A stretch of 64,000 nucleotides of DNA, taken from the sequence record KU935715.1; one strand, given 5' to 3'. The position numbers and the translations under genes were made by a program. Shown piece after piece: positions 7,495-16,551 of the stretch; within the stretch, counting starts at the first letter, position 1; each line of letters starts with the position of its first letter. Origin of the DNA: Acinetobacter phage vB_AbaM_ME3. The notes under the pieces were generated by a model, which was not told where the DNA came from, searched no databases, and saw nothing but the letters and a program-made list of their open reading frames with translations.

Positions 7495-9135
7495 ATGATT
7501 GATAATCAAGGTCCTATTAAAAGAGACAGAGTTCAGAAGTATGGTAGGAAATCTGGATTACAAGAAGCTAAGAGTTTTGCAGAACGAAATGGAATGAAAA
7601 CCCTTCCCCTTCTTACCAATAAACATAAGAATAAACTCTATCGTAAGAACATAGAAAGAAATGCTAAGTCGAGTAGTCGAGTAATACCTCCTGAGGAGAG
7701 AAAGTTTAAACTTAGTACTATTACAGGTATAGGGAATCAAACAAGTAGTGTAGCAACACCTTTTCTCCCTTCTTCTAGAATTATGAATCCTCCACAACCT
7801 GCTAAATCTAAATATACAAGTTTCTTAGGAGACATGTACAATAAACTCTTAAGTAGTTTTGATAAATCTACAGATCAAGCTATCGGAGGTGCTTTAGGAT
7901 TTACTAACAGAAATGTAGTTCCTGGATTCACTCAAAACACTTCTTCAGGATTAAGTAGATTTGATGTAGGTAATGGAGACCCTTTCAAATACTCAAACAG
8001 GTTTATGAAAGGAGATTTAGATGATCTAAGAGCAGCTTATATTAATGAAGCTGCTAAAGGTGTTAGAGTAAGGGGAGATAATGTAAATCCATTTGATAAC
8101 TCTAGAGGAGCTAGAAATTTAGGTAGGCTTAGACAACTTCAGAATAGAATTAATGGAGGAGGACAAGCTGACTTAATACGAGAATCTAATTCAATTCGAT
8201 CTCAATTAGATGATGTTAAAGGTAGACAAAAGTCTATATTCCCTCCAAGAAATATAGGGCAAGGTCAGAGTAATTATGAAAGCTTAGTTAGACAACAAGA
8301 ATCTTTAGAAGCTAGGCAAGTAGTAGTAAATAGAAAGCTAGAAAGAAATGCTAGGATACTATCTACTGCAAATGAATACTCAGGGGCTACACACATCAAA
8401 GGTTTTTTACCAAAAGAGGGTGTAGGTGGTTATGGCTTAGGAGTAAGCAATTACTTAGCTGCTTCTAGAAAAGAATTGTTTGTACGTGGATTAGGGTTTA
8501 CAGGGGGTATTCTAGGACCTAGCGGTGCAGAAGCTCTAATGAACTCTTTTGGTATTGTAACTGCTAAACAAAGAGCTGTAACTCAATCAAAGGGTCTGCT
8601 AGGAAAAATGTTCTCAGCTGGATTTCAAGCACCTCTTATGACTTATGGTTCTTTGTTATTTACAGCTTCTTCAGGTGGAGACTTATCAGATTTTGTTGAA
8701 ACTCAATTAACATATGCTGGTGGACTTCAAGGATGGAGAATAGGATCTAGTGTAGGAGGTATGCTTACTAAAGGAACTGGGGCTAACCTATCTCAAATTA
8801 AAGGTGGTAATATGATATCAGCTATGAGAGCACAAGGAGGAAGAGCAGTTCTAAGAGGGGCAGCTGGTGTTGTAGGTGGAGTAACAGGTTTTGCATTAGG
8901 TGCAGGACTCGTTGCAGGAGCTTCATGGCTTGCTCAAGATATATCTTCAAATAGGTCAACAATAAGAAAGATAGCTAAAGATTTTACAACTAAAACAGCT
9001 ACAATGAATACTCAAAACACTAGACAATCTTTAACAATGCGACAGATGGCTATAAGTAAACTAGCTAAATCTGGTTTAAATGATAGAGCTACTCTTCTCG
9101 GAAATGAATCTAGAGTACTTAAAGGATTAATGTAA
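7495..9135 (+). CDS. hypothetical basic, Gly/Arg/Ser/Asn-rich protein (546 aa); possibly a head-internal/ejection or assembly protein
   Basis: Long ORF immediately upstream of the terminase. Lys/Arg-rich N-terminus, Gly-rich C-terminal half with GxxxG runs, few hydrophobic residues. Confidence 0.6.
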   Translation: MIDNQGPIKRDRVQKYGRKSGLQEAKSFAERNGMKTLPLLTNKHKNKLYRKNIERNAKSSSRVIPPEERKFKLSTITGIGNQTSSVATPFLPSSRIMNPPQPAKSKYTSFLGDMYNKLLSSFDKSTDQAIGGALGFTNRNVVPGFTQNTSSGLSRFDVGNGDPFKYSNRFMKGDLDDLRAAYINEAAKGVRVRGDNVNPFDNSRGARNLGRLRQLQNRINGGGQADLIRESNSIRSQLDDVKGRQKSIFPPRNIGQGQSNYESLVRQQESLEARQVVVNRKLERNARILSTANEYSGATHIKGFLPKEGVGGYGLGVSNYLAASRKELFVRGLGFTGGILGPSGAEALMNSFGIVTAKQRAVTQSKGLLGKMFSAGFQAPLMTYGSLLFTASSGGDLSDFVETQLTYAGGLQGWRIGSSVGGMLTKGTGANLSQIKGGNMISAMRAQGGRAVLRGAAGVVGGVTGFALGAGLVAGASWLAQDISSNRSTIRKIAKDFTTKTATMNTQNTRQSLTMRQMAISKLAKSGLNDRATLLGNESRVLKGLM

Positions 9136-9151
9136 TAATTAAAGGGATATT

Positions 9152-11434
9152 ATGAAGAAAATCGAAACTCATACATTAGATGACTATGATGATGAAATGA
9201 ATGAGAAGGATAAACAACTCTTAAAACTTTCTGAGATTCCTTGGAGAGATTATCTTTCTGATAAGAATTATAGTAACGATATTAATACTATGTGTGAAGA
9301 GTGTATTGCTAATCAAATTAAAGAACATGGTTCTCAAGTTATTCCTTGTCAAGGATTAGCAGACGCTAAATCTATGTTAGGAGATGATTTATATACAAAG
9401 ATTACAGAAGGACAAACTAAAGAAGAAGTTGAGCTTCTAAATGCTATGTATGATCCATACGCTTACATGGATACATACCTTGATCTCCCTAACAAAGGTA
9501 AGACATCTAGGCGATTCAAACCGCGCTGGTATCAAGAAAGAATTATACGCTGTTCTGCAAGATCTAAGGTTGTGAGAATGGGTCGTCGCTGTATTCCTGG
9601 GTATGAAAAAGTACTAATGTCTGATAATACTTATAAACGTATAGATGAAATTAGTATTGGGGATAAAGTATTATCTTGGAATAACAATCAACTAGTAGAA
9701 AGACAAGTAACTAATCATTGGGATAATGGTATTAAAGAAGTGTTTAGAATTTCTTTAAGTAATGGAAAGAAAATTGATTGTACCTCTAACCATCCATTAT
9801 TAACTTATAAAAATGGTAAGCAAATTTGGTTATCCTTGGAAAATGGTCTAGATGTAGGAAGCTTAGTAACAATTCTAGAAGGATCTTCTTTTGAATTTAC
9901 ATCAATTCACTCTATTCGTTCTTTAGGAAAGATGCAGACTTTTGATATATCTATCAAAGAAGATCATAACTTCATTGTAAATGATATTGTGTGCCATAAC
10001 ACTGGTAAGACAATGGCACTAGCAATTCTTATTCTTCATCGTTTAATAACAAAAGAAAAATATCGTGTACTTCTTGTATCACCTTATCAAGTACAAACAG
10101 AGGAAGTTGTAGATAATATTAAGAATTTGTGTAGACTGCTACCAGATAACCCTCTTGTAAGTTCTAAAGCTTCACCTAACCACGTACTAACATTTAATAC
10201 AGGTTCAGTCCTTAAAGGATTTACAGCTGCAACATCAGCAGACTCTGTACGTGGACAGCCAGCTGACTTACTAGTAGTCGATGAGATTGATGACGTTAGT
10301 GAAAAAGCGATGATTTCTATTATGGGTATTAAAATGGATAACCCTGATGTGGAAGTCTGGAGATCAGGTACTCCTAAAGGAGAAGTAAACTTACATAAAG
10401 CTGAACAAGAGATAACTTCTAAATGTTTCCATTATCCTTCTTTTGTAATTCCACACTATAGTGATGCTATGGATAAGGAGTTAAGAGCAGATTTAGGTGA
10501 AATTGGTTTTATTCAAGAAGTAATTGCAGATTTTGGTAGCACTTCTAATGGTGTTTTCCAACCTATGTTTATTTCTAGAGCTCAGCAAAGAGCAGAGTTT
10601 ATCTCTCCTGAAGATGTATTAAGAGATAGAAGTAGATTTATAGTAACTATAGGTGTTGATTGGAACCATGATCAAGTCGGAACAAGAATTGTAGTAATTG
10701 CATATGATAAGCTAAATCCTCAATTTAGAATCATTGAGAAAGCAGCTATATCTCTAGTAGGGTATACACAACAAGCTGCTATGGAAAAGATCATTCATCT
10801 TAATAGGAAATATAATTGTGACCATATATTCTGTGATGAAGGCTTCGGTGCTACTCAAATAGGAGATTTAAAACGAGTTGGTGAATCATCTATAGGAAAA
10901 GTTCCTAAAGGCCATCCAGACTTAAAATTGTTAGATGTACAATCTGTAAACTTCTCATCCAATACAGAATTTAGAGATCCTATCTCAGGTGAGATGTATA
11001 AGACACCTACAAAACAATTTGCTGTTCAAAACACTGTGTTAATGTTAGAACGAGATATGTTATCTTTGCACCCTAAAGAAGATAATGATATCATTCTGCA
11101 AATGAAAAACTATATTGAAAAGTCAAGGACCCAAAATAGAATAGTATATTCATATCTAAGTAAAAAGATTGGAGACCATGATCTAGATGCATTTATGATT
11201 GGATTATATGGCTATAGAAAAATCTATTCATCATTATTTGAAGGTTCCGTATTTCAAGCAATGATTAAGTTTGCAAACAAATCAGACCCAGGTAGTACTG
11301 AAAATAACTCTCCAGAAGTAATTCCAGAAGATATTTTGATGCACTCTCCTGTAAGATTCGGAAAAACATTAAAACAATTTAACCCAAGATTAAATAAGAT
11401 TGGAATCGGGGGTAAGTCAAGAAGGAGAATCTAA
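9152..11434 (+). CDS. terL: terminase large subunit (ATPase plus nuclease) interrupted by a mini-intein in the Walker A box
   Basis: Q-motif RWYQERIIR; split P-loop MGRR | TGKT; Walker B LLVVDEIDDV. Size and position next to head genes. Confidence 0.9.
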   Translation: MKKIETHTLDDYDDEMNEKDKQLLKLSEIPWRDYLSDKNYSNDINTMCEECIANQIKEHGSQVIPCQGLADAKSMLGDDLYTKITEGQTKEEVELLNAMYDPYAYMDTYLDLPNKGKTSRRFKPRWYQERIIRCSARSKVVRMGRRCIPGYEKVLMSDNTYKRIDEISIGDKVLSWNNNQLVERQVTNHWDNGIKEVFRISLSNGKKIDCTSNHPLLTYKNGKQIWLSLENGLDVGSLVTILEGSSFEFTSIHSIRSLGKMQTFDISIKEDHNFIVNDIVCHNTGKTMALAILILHRLITKEKYRVLLVSPYQVQTEEVVDNIKNLCRLLPDNPLVSSKASPNHVLTFNTGSVLKGFTAATSADSVRGQPADLLVVDEIDDVSEKAMISIMGIKMDNPDVEVWRSGTPKGEVNLHKAEQEITSKCFHYPSFVIPHYSDAMDKELRADLGEIGFIQEVIADFGSTSNGVFQPMFISRAQQRAEFISPEDVLRDRSRFIVTIGVDWNHDQVGTRIVVIAYDKLNPQFRIIEKAAISLVGYTQQAAMEKIIHLNRKYNCDHIFCDEGFGATQIGDLKRVGESSIGKVPKGHPDLKLLDVQSVNFSSNTEFRDPISGEMYKTPTKQFAVQNTVLMLERDMLSLHPKEDNDIILQMKNYIEKSRTQNRIVYSYLSKKIGDHDLDAFMIGLYGYRKIYSSLFEGSVFQAMIKFANKSDPGSTENNSPEVIPEDILMHSPVRFGKTLKQFNPRLNKIGIGGKSRRRI
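9590..10000 (+). mobile_element. mini-intein (137 aa) inserted in the terminase P-loop
   Basis: CIPGYEKVLM (block A), TSNH (block B TxxH), TFDISIKEDHNFIVNDIVCHN then +1 Thr. Removal restores GRRTGKT. Confidence 0.85.
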
Positions 11435-11435
11435 T

Positions 11436-11846
11436 ATGAGCTATGTTATAAACACTAATGAGTCTATCTCTACGATGGCTCTAGCCGTTTATGATGAAAG
11501 AGATGAAGTATTAAAAGAAGTATCTGAAACAGATTTAATATTTACAGTTAAAGCTAATCAACGAAATATTAAAAGACTGTATCTGATAGGAGATTTGCTT
11601 TACACTAATAGTGTAACAATTTCTGTAACTGTTTCAGATACAACTCAGTACACTGCTAAGGTATTAGCAGGTCTTGAGTTTACAAGATATAGTGATTTTG
11701 CAGATAAAACTAATACAATCACTATTAATTACAATACAGCATCTCACAAGTTCTTAAATGCTTTAGCAGTAGATATTCTTTTAGAATCTAAGACTTTCTC
11801 TACAACAGATGTTCCACTTTCCATAACAATAGGAGTAAATTCATGA
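11436..11846 (+). CDS. hypothetical protein (136 aa)
   Basis: ATG at 11436 with a GAAGGAGAA RBS, 2 nt after the terminase stop. The track's upstream extension overlaps the terminase. Confidence 0.6.
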   Translation: MSYVINTNESISTMALAVYDERDEVLKEVSETDLIFTVKANQRNIKRLYLIGDLLYTNSVTISVTVSDTTQYTAKVLAGLEFTRYSDFADKTNTITINYNTASHKFLNALAVDILLESKTFSTTDVPLSITIGVNS

Positions 11847-12523
11847 TTATTTTAGATGAGTCTCCTTTAGCTTTAGGATATTTTGACACAGTGTTAGGAG
11901 GGATTAAAGAAGTAAATAATATTAAATTTAATTTAAATCCTTTTGAGACTAAACTATTTACTTTATACATATACGGGTCTAGTTTAGAAGTTGGTAATTC
12001 AATAGCTCTTTCTACAGCAGTTAGAGAGCTAGTTAGTCAGATAAGAATAAAAGTATCTATTGAAGGATCTCTATTTGAAACTAAGTATTGGACAAATATA
12101 GATAGTACTACTGTCATGGCTACTGCGGAACCTATAAAAGTTTTAGTAGAAGTGACAAACACAAGGTATACAGAGTTAAACAGCTCTATCATTTTCTCTC
12201 TATCACACTTTAAAGGGGAGTACTTACAAGCTATCAGTTATTATGGCGCTCTAGATACGACACCAAATGGCTATAAAGTATTGAAAGTTAATCCAGAAAT
12301 ATTTAAAGATAGAATGATTACAATAATTCCTACACCAGATAATTCAGGGACTACATACTTAGCTTACTCGCATGGAAATTCTCTTATAATTTTAGACAAT
12401 GGTACAGCTATCCCTTACAATCCTGTAGAGAGTATTATAATAGATAACAAAGAAGCTATAGTTTCAGGTCCTGGGTACTACAAATGGGACACTGGTGAAT
12501 TTATACAGTGGGAGGATATGTAA
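11843..12523 (+). CDS. hypothetical protein (226 aa)
   Basis: GGAG RBS. ATGA overlap with the upstream gene. Confidence 0.65.
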   Translation: MIILDESPLALGYFDTVLGGIKEVNNIKFNLNPFETKLFTLYIYGSSLEVGNSIALSTAVRELVSQIRIKVSIEGSLFETKYWTNIDSTTVMATAEPIKVLVEVTNTRYTELNSSIIFSLSHFKGEYLQAISYYGALDTTPNGYKVLKVNPEIFKDRMITIIPTPDNSGTTYLAYSHGNSLIILDNGTAIPYNPVESIIIDNKEAIVSGPGYYKWDTGEFIQWEDM

Positions 12524-12777
12524 TGTTAAGTGCAGAAGAAAAAGCTTTATATGACTCAAGTATTAATGCTTCAGAAGATTTACGAATGAAGTTAAGTAAG
12601 ATACGTATTAAAGTTAGTGGTAAGGATAGTCCAAGAGTCATATCAGCTATAACAGCTTTATTCGGAGTAGAATATATAAACTCCCAAGGAGATTCATATA
12701 TTACATATGATATGTACTGCTCTGTTATTAATTTAATTAGAACTCTAGGAACCACTACTGCTGAGGAGATGTTATGA
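12523..12777 (+). CDS. hypothetical protein (84 aa)
   Basis: ATG 12523 with a GGAGGA RBS at 6-nt spacing. TAATG overlap with the upstream stop. Confidence 0.5.
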   Translation: MLSAEEKALYDSSINASEDLRMKLSKIRIKVSGKDSPRVISAITALFGVEYINSQGDSYITYDMYCSVINLIRTLGTTTAEEML

Positions 12778-13280
12778 GTAATGTAAACTTTTCCGCTTTT
12801 ATGGATGACACTCAAAATACTTATGCAATGAAGGATATAGCTGAAGCTTATATGCAAATGTATCAATATGCTGCTGAAGATTTTACATCTCAACCTGATA
12901 TTGATACATATATTAAAGCTGTAACAGCATGGATGAAGTCTGTAGATAAGAGATTAACTCAACAAATGATGTTAATCTCTTCACATACACATATGATTCC
13001 TCCTCACGCTCATCCTGGAGGTAAAGGAGGTCCAATACCTTTAATTACACTGACTCCTATCAATGCAGCTTCTATTAAATGGGCAGCTATTCCTTATCCT
13101 CAGTATATTAATACAACTTTAACAATACCTAATATGAGTGGTAACTTTATAGCAACCTCTATAGCGTCTGAAGGAAGTATTTGGCCTAAGATTAGAAGAG
13201 CTAAACAAATACCTATCACTCTAAAACCCCTACTATCTCCTACGTTACAAGATAGTTTGAAATCAACAGTAGGTGGATAA
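12774..13280 (+). CDS. hypothetical protein (168 aa)
   Basis: GGAG RBS. ATGA-type overlap. Confidence 0.6.
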   Translation: MSNVNFSAFMDDTQNTYAMKDIAEAYMQMYQYAAEDFTSQPDIDTYIKAVTAWMKSVDKRLTQQMMLISSHTHMIPPHAHPGGKGGPIPLITLTPINAASIKWAAIPYPQYINTTLTIPNMSGNFIATSIASEGSIWPKIRRAKQIPITLKPLLSPTLQDSLKSTVGG

Positions 13281-14944
13281 TGGATTTAACATATAAAGAA
13301 CAGAACACAAACTCCTCAGAGATACTATACAACTGTGAATTAATTGCTAGTACATTTGCTGATGCTTTAAAACAAAACAACTGTATGCTAATGCTTGCAG
13401 TTGGGCTACATCAAGAATTAAATGATGCTATTAAAGATTTAGAGGATATTTCTAGAACAATAGATGATACAGATAAAGAGTTAAATGATTTAGAAGAATC
13501 TCTTGATCAAACAATCTTAGATAGTGTTCAAAGTATAATTAATGAAAGTAAAGCTAAGTGTTATTCATGTAAACTATCAATGCCTGAATTAGAGTTTAAC
13601 TTTGATTTAAATGCTATCTTAGGTAGACTACAAGCTCTCTTTAATATATATACGGATATGTTTAAAGTCGGTAAGTTAGATCTATGTCAAGCTGCTTATT
13701 CAATTAGAAACTCTTGTCTACCTGATATTCTAAAATTAATTATTTTACTTTTAACTGCTTATGCGTCTATAATGATGTTGAAAAATATTTCTAGTATTTC
13801 TCTACTTGCTTTCATAAAAGGTGTATTACAAACTCTTATATCCAAGATATTTTCAAGCCTTAAAATATCTGTAGGTATAGGTTCTACTAATATTTCATGT
13901 ATTATTAATGCTTTTAAAGAAATAGCTGACTCTTTAGTTCCAACTAATGAAAGAATTATTCAAAATTTAGATAGGGAATCTCAGATAGCATTAGGTATAG
14001 TGCAAGAAACAGATCATTCCCCACTCTATAATCAATACGTAGAAGACTTAGATACAGGCATTAATAAGATTACTAAAGAAGCAAGTGAGCTTGATAATAA
14101 CATAGAAAAGTTAGAAAGCCAGTTGAATGAAACATTCTCTAAAGTATCAGAAGTTCTCACCAGTTCTACTAAAGAAGTTAACGACTATATTGCAAATCTA
14201 TTAGGACTTAAAACATCATTTGAATGTGAATCTAAAAGAAGTGGAACTGATGTTTCTGATGTAATGGTGAAAGTAAACAATTTAATTCAAGTGTTAAATT
14301 TACTATCAGCAGTTGCTGTAGCAATAGCTAAGAAAGAAGCTAGGGATAGAATATGCTCTACAAGTAATCGTATTAGTAACATATCTACTAACGATGTATC
14401 TGATGTTCAAATGAAAGATATAGTAGAAGAGTACTATCAGAAGGAAGCTGAGATTGTTGAGAATGAAGATAATGGTATTCAAATTATTATTTATGATAAA
14501 CCAAAACCAAGTGTTCTCCCAAAATTAGATTTACTAGATTGTTCTATTAATGACTTTACCACTTCTCACACTATTGATAACATTATTAAGGTAACAGAAG
14601 ACGCTGTAAGAGAAGAATTAGATAGGCCTACAAGACCCAATACATCAACAGATGGAAATACTAATACTTATGTAGTTACTAAGCCTCCTATTAATGTATT
14701 AAATAATATTGATAATATTATGAGTTTATTATATGATGATCCAAATATTGCAGATGATATTTTATCTGATTTGACTTCTTCATTACCTTCTGATACTGTT
14801 GCAACTGATGAGATAATCAACCCTATTGGAAAAGGAGGGTTTGAAATAAATACAGATATGTTTAATATTAACAATAAGAACTCTTCTCTTAATTGTAGAT
14901 CAATAGAAGATGTTATGACAGTTTTAAAAAGCTTAAGGAGTTAA
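13280..14944 (+). CDS. hypothetical protein with coiled-coil regions and one long hydrophobic segment (554 aa)
   Basis: AGGTGG RBS. Composition consistent with a structural or assembly protein. Confidence 0.6.
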   Translation: MDLTYKEQNTNSSEILYNCELIASTFADALKQNNCMLMLAVGLHQELNDAIKDLEDISRTIDDTDKELNDLEESLDQTILDSVQSIINESKAKCYSCKLSMPELEFNFDLNAILGRLQALFNIYTDMFKVGKLDLCQAAYSIRNSCLPDILKLIILLLTAYASIMMLKNISSISLLAFIKGVLQTLISKIFSSLKISVGIGSTNISCIINAFKEIADSLVPTNERIIQNLDRESQIALGIVQETDHSPLYNQYVEDLDTGINKITKEASELDNNIEKLESQLNETFSKVSEVLTSSTKEVNDYIANLLGLKTSFECESKRSGTDVSDVMVKVNNLIQVLNLLSAVAVAIAKKEARDRICSTSNRISNISTNDVSDVQMKDIVEEYYQKEAEIVENEDNGIQIIIYDKPKPSVLPKLDLLDCSINDFTTSHTIDNIIKVTEDAVREELDRPTRPNTSTDGNTNTYVVTKPPINVLNNIDNIMSLLYDDPNIADDILSDLTSSLPSDTVATDEIINPIGKGGFEINTDMFNINNKNSSLNCRSIEDVMTVLKSLRS

Positions 14945-14946
14945 TA

Positions 14947-16539
14947 GTGGTAGTCTTAAATACTAACCTACGTAATACTAGAAGTCTTAGTATCGAAGAT
15001 GCACAACAGGCAATTAATTTTAAACAAGTAGGGACTCAGAACTATAGATATGTAGTTCATCGTTTACTTGGTTTATCTCCAGATCAATATACAGATATGG
15101 AATATGACTTGTCTGAATCTTCAAGAATTATTGATACTGAAGCTTTTGTAGCTGAAACGTTTAGAAAGAAAAGACAGTTAATTATAAAAAATGGTTTTGT
15201 TCTAGAAGGATTAGATCAAAAGAATATAGACTATATTAATAAAAGATTAGAAGAGTTTGAATATGTTTCTCAACAAACTTTTAGAGACTTCTTGTATGAA
15301 GTAGTTGAGAATATGGTTAATTTCAATAATTGCTTCATTCTCAAATATAGAAAAGAAGAATCATCTAGCGGAGAAATTAGATCTATACCATCAGGGAAAA
15401 CCTTTAAACCTATTGCTGGATTATATGTATTAGCTGCTCCTACTATAGATACAGCTAATAATCCTAAAACAGGACGTATAGTTAAATATAGACATCGAGT
15501 AAGTGAGAAGTACAGTAAAACCTTTAATCCTTCTGATATATACCATATACATGAAAACAGAAGAACAGGTATGACTATTGGTACTCCTCCACTAGAAGCT
15601 GTTAAAGATGATATTATAGCTTTAAGAAGTATTGAACAAAGAACGGAAGAAATAATCCAAAGAAATGCTTCTCCTTTCATTCATGTTAAAGTAGGTAATG
15701 ATAATCAGCCTGCCAGACTTTTAGGAGATGGAACTTCAGAAGTAGATATTTATTCTTCTATTATAGACAATATGGATGATTCAGGAGGTGTAGCTACACC
15801 TCACAGAGTAGATATAAAGCAGTTAGGTTCTGAATCTCAAGCTTTACGTTTAGAAGGATATCTAAACTATTTCAAAGCTAGAGTATTAGCAGGATTATCT
15901 ATATCTGAAGCAGATTTAGGTGGAAGCCAAGAAGGTGATGGAGTATATGAATCTCTTAGAGAAGATGTAAGAGCTTACCAAATAACTATTGCTGAATTCA
16001 TAACTAATTATATATTTACAGAACTCTTATTAGAATCTCCTAGATATAGAAACAGTGTATACATTCCTAAAACTGAAAGAGTTACCTTCAAGTTTATTGA
16101 AGCTGATGAGGATAGACGTATTAAATTAGAGTCTCATGCTCTTAACCTATTCATCTCAGGTTTAATAAGTAAAAAGGCAGCAATCAGAGGTACACAATAT
16201 ACAGAAGAAGACTTAGCACCAGATATTATTGAAGAAGATACTTCAATTAATAAAAACAATAGTGTAAAAGCTTCTATTACTAATAATGTAGTATCTAATA
16301 AAAATCAGTACACAGAAAAGATGGCAATTAAAGATAATGTTGCATATGAAAATTATTTTGATTATGATGTTGACATGTTTAAAGAAAAAGTGTTTAATGC
16401 TTTTCCTAAAGACCTCTTCCCTAGTTCACTGATTACACATCTATATACTAAAGCATTAGACATAAGAACTAAATATAGTTTAAACTATACAAATAAATTC
16501 ATTTCTAATGTATTAGAACAATGGGTCTTAGAAAATTAA
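14947..16539 (+). CDS. head-module protein, possibly the portal protein (530 aa)
   Basis: GTG start with an AAGGAG RBS. Sits where a portal gene would be expected: after the terminase and before the scaffold-like and capsid genes. No motif-level confirmation. Confidence 0.45.
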   Translation: MVVLNTNLRNTRSLSIEDAQQAINFKQVGTQNYRYVVHRLLGLSPDQYTDMEYDLSESSRIIDTEAFVAETFRKKRQLIIKNGFVLEGLDQKNIDYINKRLEEFEYVSQQTFRDFLYEVVENMVNFNNCFILKYRKEESSSGEIRSIPSGKTFKPIAGLYVLAAPTIDTANNPKTGRIVKYRHRVSEKYSKTFNPSDIYHIHENRRTGMTIGTPPLEAVKDDIIALRSIEQRTEEIIQRNASPFIHVKVGNDNQPARLLGDGTSEVDIYSSIIDNMDDSGGVATPHRVDIKQLGSESQALRLEGYLNYFKARVLAGLSISEADLGGSQEGDGVYESLREDVRAYQITIAEFITNYIFTELLLESPRYRNSVYIPKTERVTFKFIEADEDRRIKLESHALNLFISGLISKKAAIRGTQYTEEDLAPDIIEEDTSINKNNSVKASITNNVVSNKNQYTEKMAIKDNVAYENYFDYDVDMFKEKVFNAFPKDLFPSSLITHLYTKALDIRTKYSLNYTNKFISNVLEQWVLEN

Positions 16540-16551
16540 GGATATCTATAC

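Noticed and set aside
12501-12893. 130-aa - strand ORF
   Set aside because: Entirely antisense to two well-supported + strand genes that have RBSs. Its amino-acid composition is typical of an antisense artefact in AT-rich DNA. The same reasoning applies to the other - strand track ORFs (2650..2835, 3632..3826, 4281..4484, 5846..6097, 6446..6721, 7558..7797, 14668..14874, 15270..15680, 17118..17600, 18701..18892, 20150..20392, 28417..28614, 32773..33117, 33135..33695, 34719..34907, 37908..38120, 38935..39120, 51926..52126, 53882..54205, 57587..57859, 58388..58588, 61907..62122).
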